DNA of 64,000 nucleotides from a virus (Duplodnaviria; Heunggongvirae; Uroviricota; Caudoviricetes): IMG/VR virus record IMGVR_UViG_3300020429_000539, positions 332,263 to 396,262 of that record; one strand, 5' to 3'. Shown piece by piece: positions 40,701 to 49,426 of this stretch (position 1 is its first letter; each line of letters starts with the position of its first letter). The notes under the pieces were generated by a model. It saw only the letters and a program-made list of their open reading frames with translations, ran no database searches and was not told where the DNA came from. The position numbers and the translations under genes were made by a program.

Positions 40701-43700
40701 AACAATGACCAGATTGCTTACTATGCAATAGTTACGGTTGACCAATATGGTTTCTTTTCTTCTCCTGTATATGTATCTCAGATACCTGATGAAGAAGCTG
40801 ATGAGACTGGCATACCTTTGCTTGAGGTCCAGAAGCTTCGTTACGAAGTAGTAAATGAAGACTCTGTTAGCTTGCAATGGGAGCAGCCTGTCCGTTTCCA
40901 GAAGAGCGTTGAAGCATGGTTTGACCAGAGAGTTGCCATGTACGCTCAGATTACAGACGAGTTTGGCGCTCCTATTGCAGATGATAGCCGTATCGAGATT
41001 GTCGCTGATGGTCGCGTTTCTTCGGCTCAGTTGGCTGAAGATGTGTTCCAGGAGATACCAAACCGCGAAAGATTCACGCCCGCAGCAGAAGACACGTTTA
41101 TACTGTCTTCAACAGCCCTTGGTGGTGGAACAATTCGTGCCATTCTTCGGATGGTTCCAGACTTCAATATTATCTCAGCTATCAATGAACTAAATCTTAG
41201 CGCATTCGTTTCGTTCACAATACCTGACCGTGAGCGCCCGAGTCAGAATATCTTTGAGTTTAAATCATTGCCTATCTCTATTAAGATGAAGAATCCATTC
41301 TTCATGGAGATGACTAATCTTCGCAATGACAAGATAGAGCATTTGTGTAAAGAGACTTTCCCTCTTGGCGATATTACGGCCATTGCCACAGGTGGTTTGC
41401 TTTTTAATCCTAATCAAACAAAAGAGTTTGACGGAACGTTTATTCGTAGACAGGAGCCGTTCATTGCTCGTGTTAAAGTCAAATACCGTGATGAGGCCCT
41501 TGACAGTGGTGGTCGTGTATTCGTAGCTGTGCATGAGGCGTCTGACCCCGGTTGTGATGACAATGAATCTGACCCATCAGTTCCTTTTGAGCCAAGTTTT
41601 TCGAACCGAAAGAGCCGAACGGTTCTTCCTCCTTCGACCACCTTGACAATGCAAACAGGCACAGAGGTAGACGATGACGGCATAACAAGAACTTTCAGCT
41701 TTGTAGATATACCGCTTCAGCCGCCTGATTTCCCGCAAGGCGTTATGCTCTTTGCAAAAGGCGCTTACAACGGATACTTCTCTCGCAAACGACTATACAT
41801 AGCATTTGAGAACATACTCAGAGTCGAGGTTACGGCAACTCCTCCACAACCTGACTGTATAGATGTTGCAGAGCAGTTTGCTTCATGCTATCTCATCGAT
41901 CCTGACAGCCCCAATCCTCGCGACCCGCGCCGAACATTGATTCCCGATGGTGAGATATGTAAGTGGACTCTCCGTAAGGGGCAAACAGGTAAAGACCGTC
42001 CATTCTATTCTACGGATAACGTAGCTCAAGGGCCTGGCGTCTTTTCATCTATCAGAAATAATCAGGCAAGGAAAGTTTTCTTCGGTCCAGCTTGTGGGGT
42101 TACATGGACCATTGTGAACCTTGGCCCTCAAAACGGCGGCATTGCGTTATTGCCCGAGATTTATGCGCTGAAAGCATCTGTGGTTTATGATGGACTGAGC
42201 GCCTTTGAAGACCGTCCATTGTTCATATATCCACAAGAGGTTACAGGTGGTTTTGGTTCTAGGTTCTTGATGAACTTAGACAACTACAGAGTGACTATGT
42301 GGGCTGATGGATTTGACTATGAGAAGTTGACAATATGGCATGACCCCAATACTGCGGGAGGCTGGGCAGCAAGGGGTTTCCGTAGATGTTCTGAAGAGTT
42401 TGGCGGAACTCTATTCGTTTTGAATGGAGGTCAGTTTGTTGAGTTAGAAACTGGTAATTCTTTCGAGATATTCTATGGCGATGATGTCGAGATTGAGTTT
42501 GACCCATATATAGATGAACCAGTTATAAGCGGCGGAACACAAGACGTTGGCTTTGCTGTAATACCGCTTACAGAACTAGATAACAAAACCGAAGTATTCC
42601 TGCGTATCAATCAGTTTATTGGTCCGCCACCCGACCAGAGCGATAGCGAAGAAGTTACAAACCGCTGTGGTGCGCTCAATCTACCTGAGCCGATGCGCAC
42701 GGAAGATAACGATAACACTTTGTTTGGTAGAACCGAAGTCGTTTTCAATGATGAGCTTCGTTATCTAACAGCAGGTGGAGACCTAGAGAACGGTATACCG
42801 CCTACAATTTTGAAGCTGCGAGAGCCTTTGCAAATCCGTATACTACAGGCTCGCCGCAATGGTGTTCCTGTTCAAGAGATACTTGTGGACGGTACGTCTG
42901 AACACGAGTTCATTGTAGAAGTTACATTCTCAGGCAAGAATGTCCCCAACGGCACGCCTATATTCTTGACTATCGGTGGCCCCAACCCTCAGAAGCTTCA
43001 GCTTACACAGTCTGTTATCTTTACTCAGCAACAAGAAGACCCATTCCTGGGCGGCGGGGTTAGGAGCCTTGCATCGTTTACCACGTTGCCATTTAGCCCT
43101 CTTGAGCAGTTCGTTGCACAAGTCCAGGCTGAGTGCAGGTATGATAAACGTGGCGATGTCACGAGAAGTATGACATCTTGTCTGACAATTGACTACAAGA
43201 TTGAACAAGACACCCAAGATAATGATGATGACGAAGAAGAGCAGCAGGCACAAATTAACAACGTGTTTAGCGGTCAGATCGAAATATACGATACTCAAAC
43301 TGATACGTGGGAGTTAAAAGATGTCAGCATGAATCATCCACGAGGTTCGCTGACTCTCAACTGGACATTCGATGCATACGGCGAGGTTCTGCATGCTATT
43401 GGCGGTATTGATGGCACAGCTATAACCGCTTACAATGAGCAATACCGCATTGATTCTGGCGAGTGGATTGACTTGGCTCCGATGATAACGCCGAGGTTCT
43501 ACCATTCGGCTGTTGAAGAACAAGGCTTGATATATGTTCTTGGTGGATTGACCATTGAAGATAACGACCTTATTGTGAGTCGCGCTCTTGAGCGATACAA
43601 TCCACTAACAGATTCATGGACGGTTTTGACTCAAATGCCTGACCTGGGCGACGGCGCTGATGATTTTTATGGTATCGCTCTGGGAGCGGCTGTCAGAGTT

Positions 43701-46700
43701 GATAATCAGATATACGTTATAGGCGGCATCAAGGAAGTAGATTCGCGTGGCGGAATCAATGCTTTGAGTTCGCGTATTCTTGTTTATGATATTGATCTTG
43801 ACACTTGGAGCGCGAGCAGCCCCCTTGAAGGTAGTGACTTGGTTTTGTATTCGCGTATTGCTCCAACTGCGTTCTATGATGAGGATAATGATCTTATCCG
43901 CGTCATTGGTGGAGCTTCTGTCGTAGGCACAGGCCAGAATCAGACTCTTGAGTTTATTACGGACTCTTTTGCTATAGACCCATCCCATTTGTCCATCGTT
44001 CGAGATGACTCATCATATCAAGATATACCTGTACCTAGATATAAGGCAAACTCTGTTACTGTTGATGGTGAGCATTATGTTCTTGGCGGAGCAAATAAGA
44101 AGTCTAACACGCTTAAGGCTTTCGAGAGACTAACCTATAACCCATTGAACGATGTGTTTACTTTGACAGAACTTGCTGAGATGACGTATGGTAGGCAAGC
44201 TTTCGGCATGGCTACAGACGACCTACGGTACATATATATTGCAGGTGGCATAACGAGCGGTCGTCCTCCAGGCTTCTTGCAGATCAATGCCGAGGCAACT
44301 CCATCTACGCTAAGGCTCGACGGACGGCAGTCCGCAGGTATTGATATTGAACTTATCAACGATGTCGGAGAGCATCCTGATGAAGATATTCGTGTTCTTG
44401 TGCGGGGTTTTTTGATTTTTGCAGACGATGCGGATTCAGATAATGCAGATGATTTGCAAGGCGGAGGTAGCGGCAGCGACCAGGGCCAGCAAGGTTCGGA
44501 TGTAAACCGTTCGGCGCTAATCTATCCTGTTCAGTTTAGCAGTAATGACTTTATCATATCAAATGGTTTTGGAACAACGACGCTTCTTGCTCGCTCTGAA
44601 GATATTCTTGATAAAGTTGATGAAATCAAGAACAAACTAGAGCTTGCCCGTCAAGGAGAGGATACTGATTCGGCAGAACAAAATGAACCTCTTATCATCA
44701 ACGAGGGAGACCGTCGTGACCCATACAGTATACGCATTCAGATAACTGTTATCGATGACTTCTACTATGGCCAGACCGTTGTGGATATTAGCGATAATGA
44801 AGATCCCGATGAGCTTCCGGATGATACTGGTGACGATGATACGAATGATGATACAACTGATGATACGGATAATGGTACTGATGACGGGCCGCCAACAGCA
44901 GAAGAAGACCCGTACTCTCCAGAGTTTGAGGGCTGCCGAAGCTATTCGGTAACGTCTGAACTGCCAGATCCACCTGACGGCGGCAATGACGATGATGACG
45001 ATACTGGCGATGGTTCAACTGGCGGCGGTGGCATTCCGACTGATGATTTAGATGATAGAGACAATCCGATATTTGATCTCAATCCAACTCAATCTCCACA
45101 GCTTGAGAGTCCAAACGTCAACTTCTACAGCGATATCGAGTGGATACCGCAGGTAATTCCTCATATCAGCAACAACCTTGGCACGGCAGAAGAAATGCGA
45201 ACCGTGATTAGGCGACTAGAAACGTCTATTCCGTTTGGCGCATCTCCTTTCTACGATGGTATCGTAGAGATTTCTCGTATTTTGCTTGATGAGAACCTTG
45301 ACCCATTTGCCAAGGTTATTTATGCACAAACGGATAACGAAGAAAGCCTCTCGTTTGTTGGCCTAGAAGAGTCTATCGAAGAAGTTCAAGCTATCGATGG
45401 TTTCGCGCAGGTTCCAGTGCTGTTGAATAACTTCTCCGTAGTCTTCCCAACTACTCTATCTGCTTTGTTGGCGAGAACTGACACCGACAGCCTTGAGACT
45501 CTTGCCCAAGACACGGGCGGTCAGTCTCAAACCATTCTTGATGCAGAGTTTGCTAACGAAGTTCTCAACAATATGATTGGTAGAGCAGCGGGCTCTGTTG
45601 GTTGGGGCACGTATGAGGCCGTTCTTGATCTTGGGCAAGAAAGCGTCATCAACAATATTTCTGTAGATTTTACTCTGTTTGATAACACTGATGGCAACTG
45701 GACAGTAGAGGCATCTAGCGATGGTTTTAACTATACCGAACCTTCAGACCAGTTTGACGGCAACAAAGAAGTAGAGTTCTTCCGTCTCAATGGTCGCTAC
45801 TTCCGTTTCAAGGTTACGCTATTGAGTGGTCTTAGCGCATCTGTGGCTGAAGAGTATGATTTGGTAGCAACCCCTGGACGGCCATCTCTTACGGGTATCA
45901 ACGTTGTTTACTCGTTGCCCAAAGAGAGCTATCTCTATATTACTCCTGATACTTCTCTCTTTGGTGCGCAGCAGATTGCTGCAAGCATCCACGCGACGAA
46001 CCCTCAGTCAAGCGAGATTCAGGTTGGTGTTGCTACGAGCAATTCTACTTCTTGGGAAGATTTCCAGACTGGTTCGAGACCATCAATCAATCGCTATGGC
46101 AAGCTCTTTATCCCTATCAGAACTGAACAAGATATAACAGAACTCAACGAGCCTCTTGTTGATATTGACGGTTTTTCTTGGAGAGCGACTTATGGTCGTT
46201 GGGATCCAGAATCTCAGATTACGATTCGCTCTATCCCTGAAGTTGGAGACCCACTAACTATTGTTGAACCAGAAGAATACCGTCTTTACCCTCGACAGGG
46301 GCTTGTGGTCTTTAGAACCAAGAGAAAAGATGCAAGTTTCTTTATCGAAGTTGAGAATACTGACCAAGTTCGAATCGGCCTGAAGATTGTAAACCGATTT
46401 GCTGGCGAAAACATTTTGATACGCGGTTTGGGGTACATGTGGAATACAAACGTATTCTTGCCTCCGCCGCTATCGGAGCGCCCACCTTCAGCAAGCGATT
46501 TATTGATTGTGCCCAATAACCCGTTTATCTATAGTAAGATTTCTGCAAGTTATAGATTTACTGACCTTAACAGAGATGAAGAAGACCTAACACAGACACA
46601 GATTAGATGGTACGTAAATGGTGTTGAAGTCGAGTTCTTACGAGACCTTACCGAATGGAATGATATCAATAACTTCGAAGACCCGCTGTGGGTTTATGGT

Positions 46701-47534
46701 TTCAGCTTTAGGCCAGAGGATGTGCCAGATGGAGTTTCATTCGAGCAGTTTGCTCGTGAGCGCGGCGATAGCTTGCTTAGCGTAGGCGATGTTATTTACT
46801 TCACAGTTCGTCCGAGCGACGGCAAAGTGTTCGGCGACCTTGTTCGTTCTGCCTCTGTCGAGGTCCAGTCCGCTCCTCCATTCGTGACCGAATTGAGGAT
46901 AGTTGGGCGGAACAACAATGGACAGGAGCAGGAGACTGTAACCACGGCAACTACTGCTGTTGCTAAGTTCAACTTCTTCGATGACGGTGGTGAAAACGCA
47001 TCAACGATTATCTGGTATGTCAATGGCACGGAGTTCAAGCGTGGTGATTTAGATGGCACTACTTCTGGCTTTAGCAACAACGAGATTGTGCCAGGAGAAC
47101 TCGCAGGTGTTGGATTGAATGCCCTTGTTATTGGCAATGTATTGGCAGTTGAGATACGGCCTGCTGCCGGTAACACCGCAGGCGAGCCGATACGCTCAGG
47201 CAGCGTTACTGTAGAAAATGCTCCACCTGTCGTAACAGACCCGCAGATTACGCCGCTGGAGCCTACTGCTGCATCTGTGCTTGAGATTGATTATACTTTC
47301 TTTGATAACGATATTGAACAAGGAAGCACAACTCAGAGCGACCAAAGTTCGATTCGTTGGTTCCGAAAGAGAGGGACAGAGGAGACATTTACAGAGGTTA
47401 CGGAGGTTGCGAATAACGAAACAATCTCGGCAAACTTCACGCTCAGCGGAGACCAGTGGTATGCCGAGGTTATACCGTTTGACGGAATTTCGGTAGGAAC
47501 CACGGCTCGAAGCAATACCGTAACCATTAGTTAG
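37758..47534 (+). CDS. Giant virion-associated protein (3258 aa): CBM-like, split vWA, FN3, LamG, Kelch propeller, Ig repeats
   Basis: CBM-like NGYSGTGYM. MIDAS motif LLVDQSGSM. LamG region MHMDEG...MTISMWIYP...WNHVAVVYDG...FFGKMTEV. Kelch repeats at ~43260-44260 (e.g. PMITPRFYHSAVEEQGLIYVLGG). Three C-terminal Ig repeats. Confidence 0.75.
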   Translation: MSAFPTKVSAFLRPVGSPPGVAHVIPDDSSVYIDATNLASIDQGDPSWIFACDTNGYSGTGYMTKLAQAGVENNAAVMWYDVQAESPGLVYIDLRLARNGSATTVTVYLDDDEVDSFVISDAVSYTYEWFGTSFVIPDEKVHKLGIKVEDTGSVSLDAMRLAFGAEPTLNASFDATDTEQFRDAPYITLHALVYEVNSNLLFDDVNDALPIYSIIKSSDIKADDWYNFDLSPLPWRSPLTVEDKTYVFTLWHTVDLDNHYIIWDLASEQDDPYAEFFFKTLLYTHNSGGDLELENTRDLAIRVWEFRDALDSSACVLTTPDSDEFTFRQQTFDDAIIEPIFRNTSITNEEEDSNEVQLDLPDRIVTLLVDQSGSMTWNDSGGLRHDLARRLVNRLDATYPGDVYFNIFSFESTPIRVNFFAVIESDDVNTNDTSDVADSYFADQESGYAGIRVVRKASSYPLNPLDGDIVTEGFIDRAFDDNLEENEDYFYKVYTFNEFGTFSEGVEIQATPRVREIPNGVGQFSATMLKGTGVRRESNAVMLMHMDEGIQTTTYDFSDNELHGSYFGADEPLWLNPSDVPNGRSGLRFNGSTQGIYVPDASNKTSIDGSMTISMWIYPFDTETSSGVQTLAIRDNSGSSTGSALNIDWWLFQTGASIAFTRDISSIAVSAPSLEADTWNHVAVVYDGNDETANIYINGINRSVATTATKFGALHNPNTSDTLRIGYGKFSSVVYAFFGKMTEVSLLDRELTASEIMDNSFLPMNDSEKVLDNGDRLLLLNYSVPNDYNYAGGNIRIVKKEEAGARQYSFTGNTDDNGELERIDEGFGFEPFHENDGTVVFNESAAVGAFTVAIPDDYIHGRVYDYRIFSQNLIGNYSTYSDSPNLSIVVPGFGGNQGQDLRTDIIGAPSPALPTVDGVSVQQGNRKLYIQWQVPFIDDRVREVHIYYRTGNFPVVDETSSTGELVFRGNPEQLEFVHRNINNDQIAYYAIVTVDQYGFFSSPVYVSQIPDEEADETGIPLLEVQKLRYEVVNEDSVSLQWEQPVRFQKSVEAWFDQRVAMYAQITDEFGAPIADDSRIEIVADGRVSSAQLAEDVFQEIPNRERFTPAAEDTFILSSTALGGGTIRAILRMVPDFNIISAINELNLSAFVSFTIPDRERPSQNIFEFKSLPISIKMKNPFFMEMTNLRNDKIEHLCKETFPLGDITAIATGGLLFNPNQTKEFDGTFIRRQEPFIARVKVKYRDEALDSGGRVFVAVHEASDPGCDDNESDPSVPFEPSFSNRKSRTVLPPSTTLTMQTGTEVDDDGITRTFSFVDIPLQPPDFPQGVMLFAKGAYNGYFSRKRLYIAFENILRVEVTATPPQPDCIDVAEQFASCYLIDPDSPNPRDPRRTLIPDGEICKWTLRKGQTGKDRPFYSTDNVAQGPGVFSSIRNNQARKVFFGPACGVTWTIVNLGPQNGGIALLPEIYALKASVVYDGLSAFEDRPLFIYPQEVTGGFGSRFLMNLDNYRVTMWADGFDYEKLTIWHDPNTAGGWAARGFRRCSEEFGGTLFVLNGGQFVELETGNSFEIFYGDDVEIEFDPYIDEPVISGGTQDVGFAVIPLTELDNKTEVFLRINQFIGPPPDQSDSEEVTNRCGALNLPEPMRTEDNDNTLFGRTEVVFNDELRYLTAGGDLENGIPPTILKLREPLQIRILQARRNGVPVQEILVDGTSEHEFIVEVTFSGKNVPNGTPIFLTIGGPNPQKLQLTQSVIFTQQQEDPFLGGGVRSLASFTTLPFSPLEQFVAQVQAECRYDKRGDVTRSMTSCLTIDYKIEQDTQDNDDDEEEQQAQINNVFSGQIEIYDTQTDTWELKDVSMNHPRGSLTLNWTFDAYGEVLHAIGGIDGTAITAYNEQYRIDSGEWIDLAPMITPRFYHSAVEEQGLIYVLGGLTIEDNDLIVSRALERYNPLTDSWTVLTQMPDLGDGADDFYGIALGAAVRVDNQIYVIGGIKEVDSRGGINALSSRILVYDIDLDTWSASSPLEGSDLVLYSRIAPTAFYDEDNDLIRVIGGASVVGTGQNQTLEFITDSFAIDPSHLSIVRDDSSYQDIPVPRYKANSVTVDGEHYVLGGANKKSNTLKAFERLTYNPLNDVFTLTELAEMTYGRQAFGMATDDLRYIYIAGGITSGRPPGFLQINAEATPSTLRLDGRQSAGIDIELINDVGEHPDEDIRVLVRGFLIFADDADSDNADDLQGGGSGSDQGQQGSDVNRSALIYPVQFSSNDFIISNGFGTTTLLARSEDILDKVDEIKNKLELARQGEDTDSAEQNEPLIINEGDRRDPYSIRIQITVIDDFYYGQTVVDISDNEDPDELPDDTGDDDTNDDTTDDTDNGTDDGPPTAEEDPYSPEFEGCRSYSVTSELPDPPDGGNDDDDDTGDGSTGGGGIPTDDLDDRDNPIFDLNPTQSPQLESPNVNFYSDIEWIPQVIPHISNNLGTAEEMRTVIRRLETSIPFGASPFYDGIVEISRILLDENLDPFAKVIYAQTDNEESLSFVGLEESIEEVQAIDGFAQVPVLLNNFSVVFPTTLSALLARTDTDSLETLAQDTGGQSQTILDAEFANEVLNNMIGRAAGSVGWGTYEAVLDLGQESVINNISVDFTLFDNTDGNWTVEASSDGFNYTEPSDQFDGNKEVEFFRLNGRYFRFKVTLLSGLSASVAEEYDLVATPGRPSLTGINVVYSLPKESYLYITPDTSLFGAQQIAASIHATNPQSSEIQVGVATSNSTSWEDFQTGSRPSINRYGKLFIPIRTEQDITELNEPLVDIDGFSWRATYGRWDPESQITIRSIPEVGDPLTIVEPEEYRLYPRQGLVVFRTKRKDASFFIEVENTDQVRIGLKIVNRFAGENILIRGLGYMWNTNVFLPPPLSERPPSASDLLIVPNNPFIYSKISASYRFTDLNRDEEDLTQTQIRWYVNGVEVEFLRDLTEWNDINNFEDPLWVYGFSFRPEDVPDGVSFEQFARERGDSLLSVGDVIYFTVRPSDGKVFGDLVRSASVEVQSAPPFVTELRIVGRNNNGQEQETVTTATTAVAKFNFFDDGGENASTIIWYVNGTEFKRGDLDGTTSGFSNNEIVPGELAGVGLNALVIGNVLAVEIRPAAGNTAGEPIRSGSVTVENAPPVVTDPQITPLEPTAASVLEIDYTFFDNDIEQGSTTQSDQSSIRWFRKRGTEETFTEVTEVANNETISANFTLSGDQWYAEVIPFDGISVGTTARSNTVTIS
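44790..45065 (+). repeat. Asp/Thr/Gly-rich low-complexity coding tract with imperfect GATGATAC repeats
   Basis: Encodes DNEDPDELPDDTGDDDTNDDTTDDTDNGTDDGPP...GGNDDDDDTGDGSTGGGG. Confidence 0.7.
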
Positions 47535-47548
47535 CCGATAGGCTAGTT
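47534..47548 (+). promoter_or_regulatory. Putative sigma28-like -10 element (GCCGATAG) before the GT2 gene
   Basis: CGATA lies 8 nt before ATG 47549 with no Shine-Dalgarno. The same motif recurs in three other intergenic gaps. Confidence 0.45.
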
Positions 47549-48283
47549 ATGACAAGCAAAGCGGCGATCATCGTACTATCTCATAACGCTCTTGATGTTA
47601 CCAAGAAGTTTTTGAAACATCTCTACAAGCATACAGATGATTTCACTCTTATCATGATAGACAATGGTAGTTCGGACGATTCGCCAGAGTATCTAGGCGA
47701 TTTTAGTGACGACCATGACAATATGCTTTTTGTTGCGAATGACGAGAACCTGGGTGTGATAGGTGGCCGAAATCACGGATGGACCATTTATCAAACTTTA
47801 GATGCAAAGCCTCCATACCTGGGCTTCCTTGACAATGATCAGTTTGTAGAAGAAGGCTGGTTGGAGCAACATCTAAATGTTCTGGAGCAAAGTCACGCAC
47901 AGATTGTCGGAGTTGAGGCCTGGATGCTAAGCTCGACGTTTCGTCCCATGCATAGGTGCAAGAGATTTGGTGAGCCTTGGAGCTATGTAGGTTGTGGTGG
48001 GATGTTTATGAAGAAAGAAGTGCCAGAGGATATCGGCATGTTTGATCCGCAGTTCAATCCTTGCTACTTTGAAGACCCCGACTTCTGTTTTCGCGCAAGA
48101 AGGGCTGGATATCGCCTTGCATGGAATTATAAGGCAAGGGTAACACATCTGCCCCACCAGACCCTAGGGAAGAACCCAAGGCGTATGCAACTTTTCCAGA
48201 AGAGCCACGCGAAGTTCTTCGAGAAATGGAAGGGTAGCAGATTCACTCCGCAACGACAACACGCTGTTGAAGCTTTGCAGTGA
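47549..48283 (+). CDS. Glycosyltransferase family 2 (GT-A fold)
   Basis: Motifs IIVLSHN, IMIDNGSSDDS, NLGVIGGRNHG, FLDND (DxD) and YFEDPDFCFRARRAGY. Confidence 0.92.
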   Translation: MTSKAAIIVLSHNALDVTKKFLKHLYKHTDDFTLIMIDNGSSDDSPEYLGDFSDDHDNMLFVANDENLGVIGGRNHGWTIYQTLDAKPPYLGFLDNDQFVEEGWLEQHLNVLEQSHAQIVGVEAWMLSSTFRPMHRCKRFGEPWSYVGCGGMFMKKEVPEDIGMFDPQFNPCYFEDPDFCFRARRAGYRLAWNYKARVTHLPHQTLGKNPRRMQLFQKSHAKFFEKWKGSRFTPQRQHAVEALQ

Positions 48284-48308
48284 TACCTTGAAGCTCGCGG
48301 CCCAGAAC

Positions 48309-48322
48309 ATCGATATAGTAGC
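48309..48322 (+). promoter_or_regulatory. Putative -10 element (ATCGATATAGT) before the GT4 gene
   Basis: CGATA lies 7 nt before ATG 48323 with no Shine-Dalgarno. TGAAG ends 15 nt upstream of the octamer. Confidence 0.45.
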
Positions 48323-49426
48323 ATGAAGCTAGGTGTAGCCGTCAACCATTGTGCCCCCTATCACACAGGGGGCTCAGAGAAGGTTGTTCAACAAATTACG
48401 GAGTCAATGCATCATGACTTTGGTATGGATTGCCATGTCATATCGAAATATGTCCCTCGAAATGAGACGTATAACGGCGTTCATATTCACAAACTGAAGG
48501 GCGGCGAAACAGGCATAGTCAACCAGGTTAAAGACCTAGGGCTTGACCATCTATTTATTTATAGCGATTCTTTTGTGGGTTGGAGTTCGGTTGTTCGCAA
48601 TGCAGAGCAGATACCATGTAGCAAAAGCGTAGCTCTTGTAGGCATGAATTTCATGCGAATGCACGGCGATGTAGGCCGTATGTTTGCGAATAAGAAGAGA
48701 CATTTCACAACAATTACTCATTCAGACAATTATCTTGATTACGAGACCTGCAAGAAGCTTGATATTCCTGTTAGGGTAATTCCGAACGCGATTGATTTAA
48801 GAGAGTTCGAAGTTGAGTCTCCAAGTTTTCGTGAGCGATATGGCATTGATACTGAACACATGATATTGTGCGTATCCAACTTCTTTCCCGGTAAGGGACA
48901 GGAGCATCTATACCATATTTTACAGAAGCTCGCCGACCGGGGTCATGATTTTACGGCTGTCTACATTTCTACAACAACCAACTTCCAACCCGCAGAGGTC
49001 ATGCGCACGCGGCATAATAGAATGCTTGCGAAGGCTCGATTCAAAAGCAAGGCATTGAACAACATTCCACGTTCGGATGTAGTTGAAGCTTTCAAGCAGG
49101 CAGACGTATTCGCTTTTCCGTCGCAGATAGAAGTCGCCCCACTTGTTATCCTTGAGTGCATGGCGAACAATCTGCCATGGGTTGCATTGAATGTTGGTAA
49201 TGTTGAGGAACTAGACGGTGGTTTTGTGGTTAAAGCTACTAAGAAGGTTCAGGGTAAGTGGCACTATACAACTGCCCTCTATGATGAGTTTACCGATTGT
49301 TTAGATAACCTATTGTCAAGCAAGGCCATGCGCATTGGTGTTGGAGTTGAAGGTAAGCGAATGATGCTCGAACGGTTCAACTGGGACACCATCAAGCACG
49401 AATATAAGGACGTTTTCAATGCCTGA
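48323..49426 (+). CDS. Glycosyltransferase family 4 (GT-B fold)
   Basis: Motifs PYHTGGSEKVV, VIPNAID, VSNFFPGKGQEHL and ADVFAFPSQIEVAPLVILECMA. Confidence 0.92.
   Translation: MKLGVAVNHCAPYHTGGSEKVVQQITESMHHDFGMDCHVISKYVPRNETYNGVHIHKLKGGETGIVNQVKDLGLDHLFIYSDSFVGWSSVVRNAEQIPCSKSVALVGMNFMRMHGDVGRMFANKKRHFTTITHSDNYLDYETCKKLDIPVRVIPNAIDLREFEVESPSFRERYGIDTEHMILCVSNFFPGKGQEHLYHILQKLADRGHDFTAVYISTTTNFQPAEVMRTRHNRMLAKARFKSKALNNIPRSDVVEAFKQADVFAFPSQIEVAPLVILECMANNLPWVALNVGNVEELDGGFVVKATKKVQGKWHYTTALYDEFTDCLDNLLSSKAMRIGVGVEGKRMMLERFNWDTIKHEYKDVFNA

Noticed and set aside
9521-47534. Interpretation as a bacterial giant-adhesin or S-layer locus with EPS glycosyltransferases
   Set aside because: There are no signal peptides, RTX/T1SS, T9SS or PEP-CTERM tails, transporters or flippases. 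Fibre-like N-termini, a hub-like gene and the phage-type replisome favour virion proteins.
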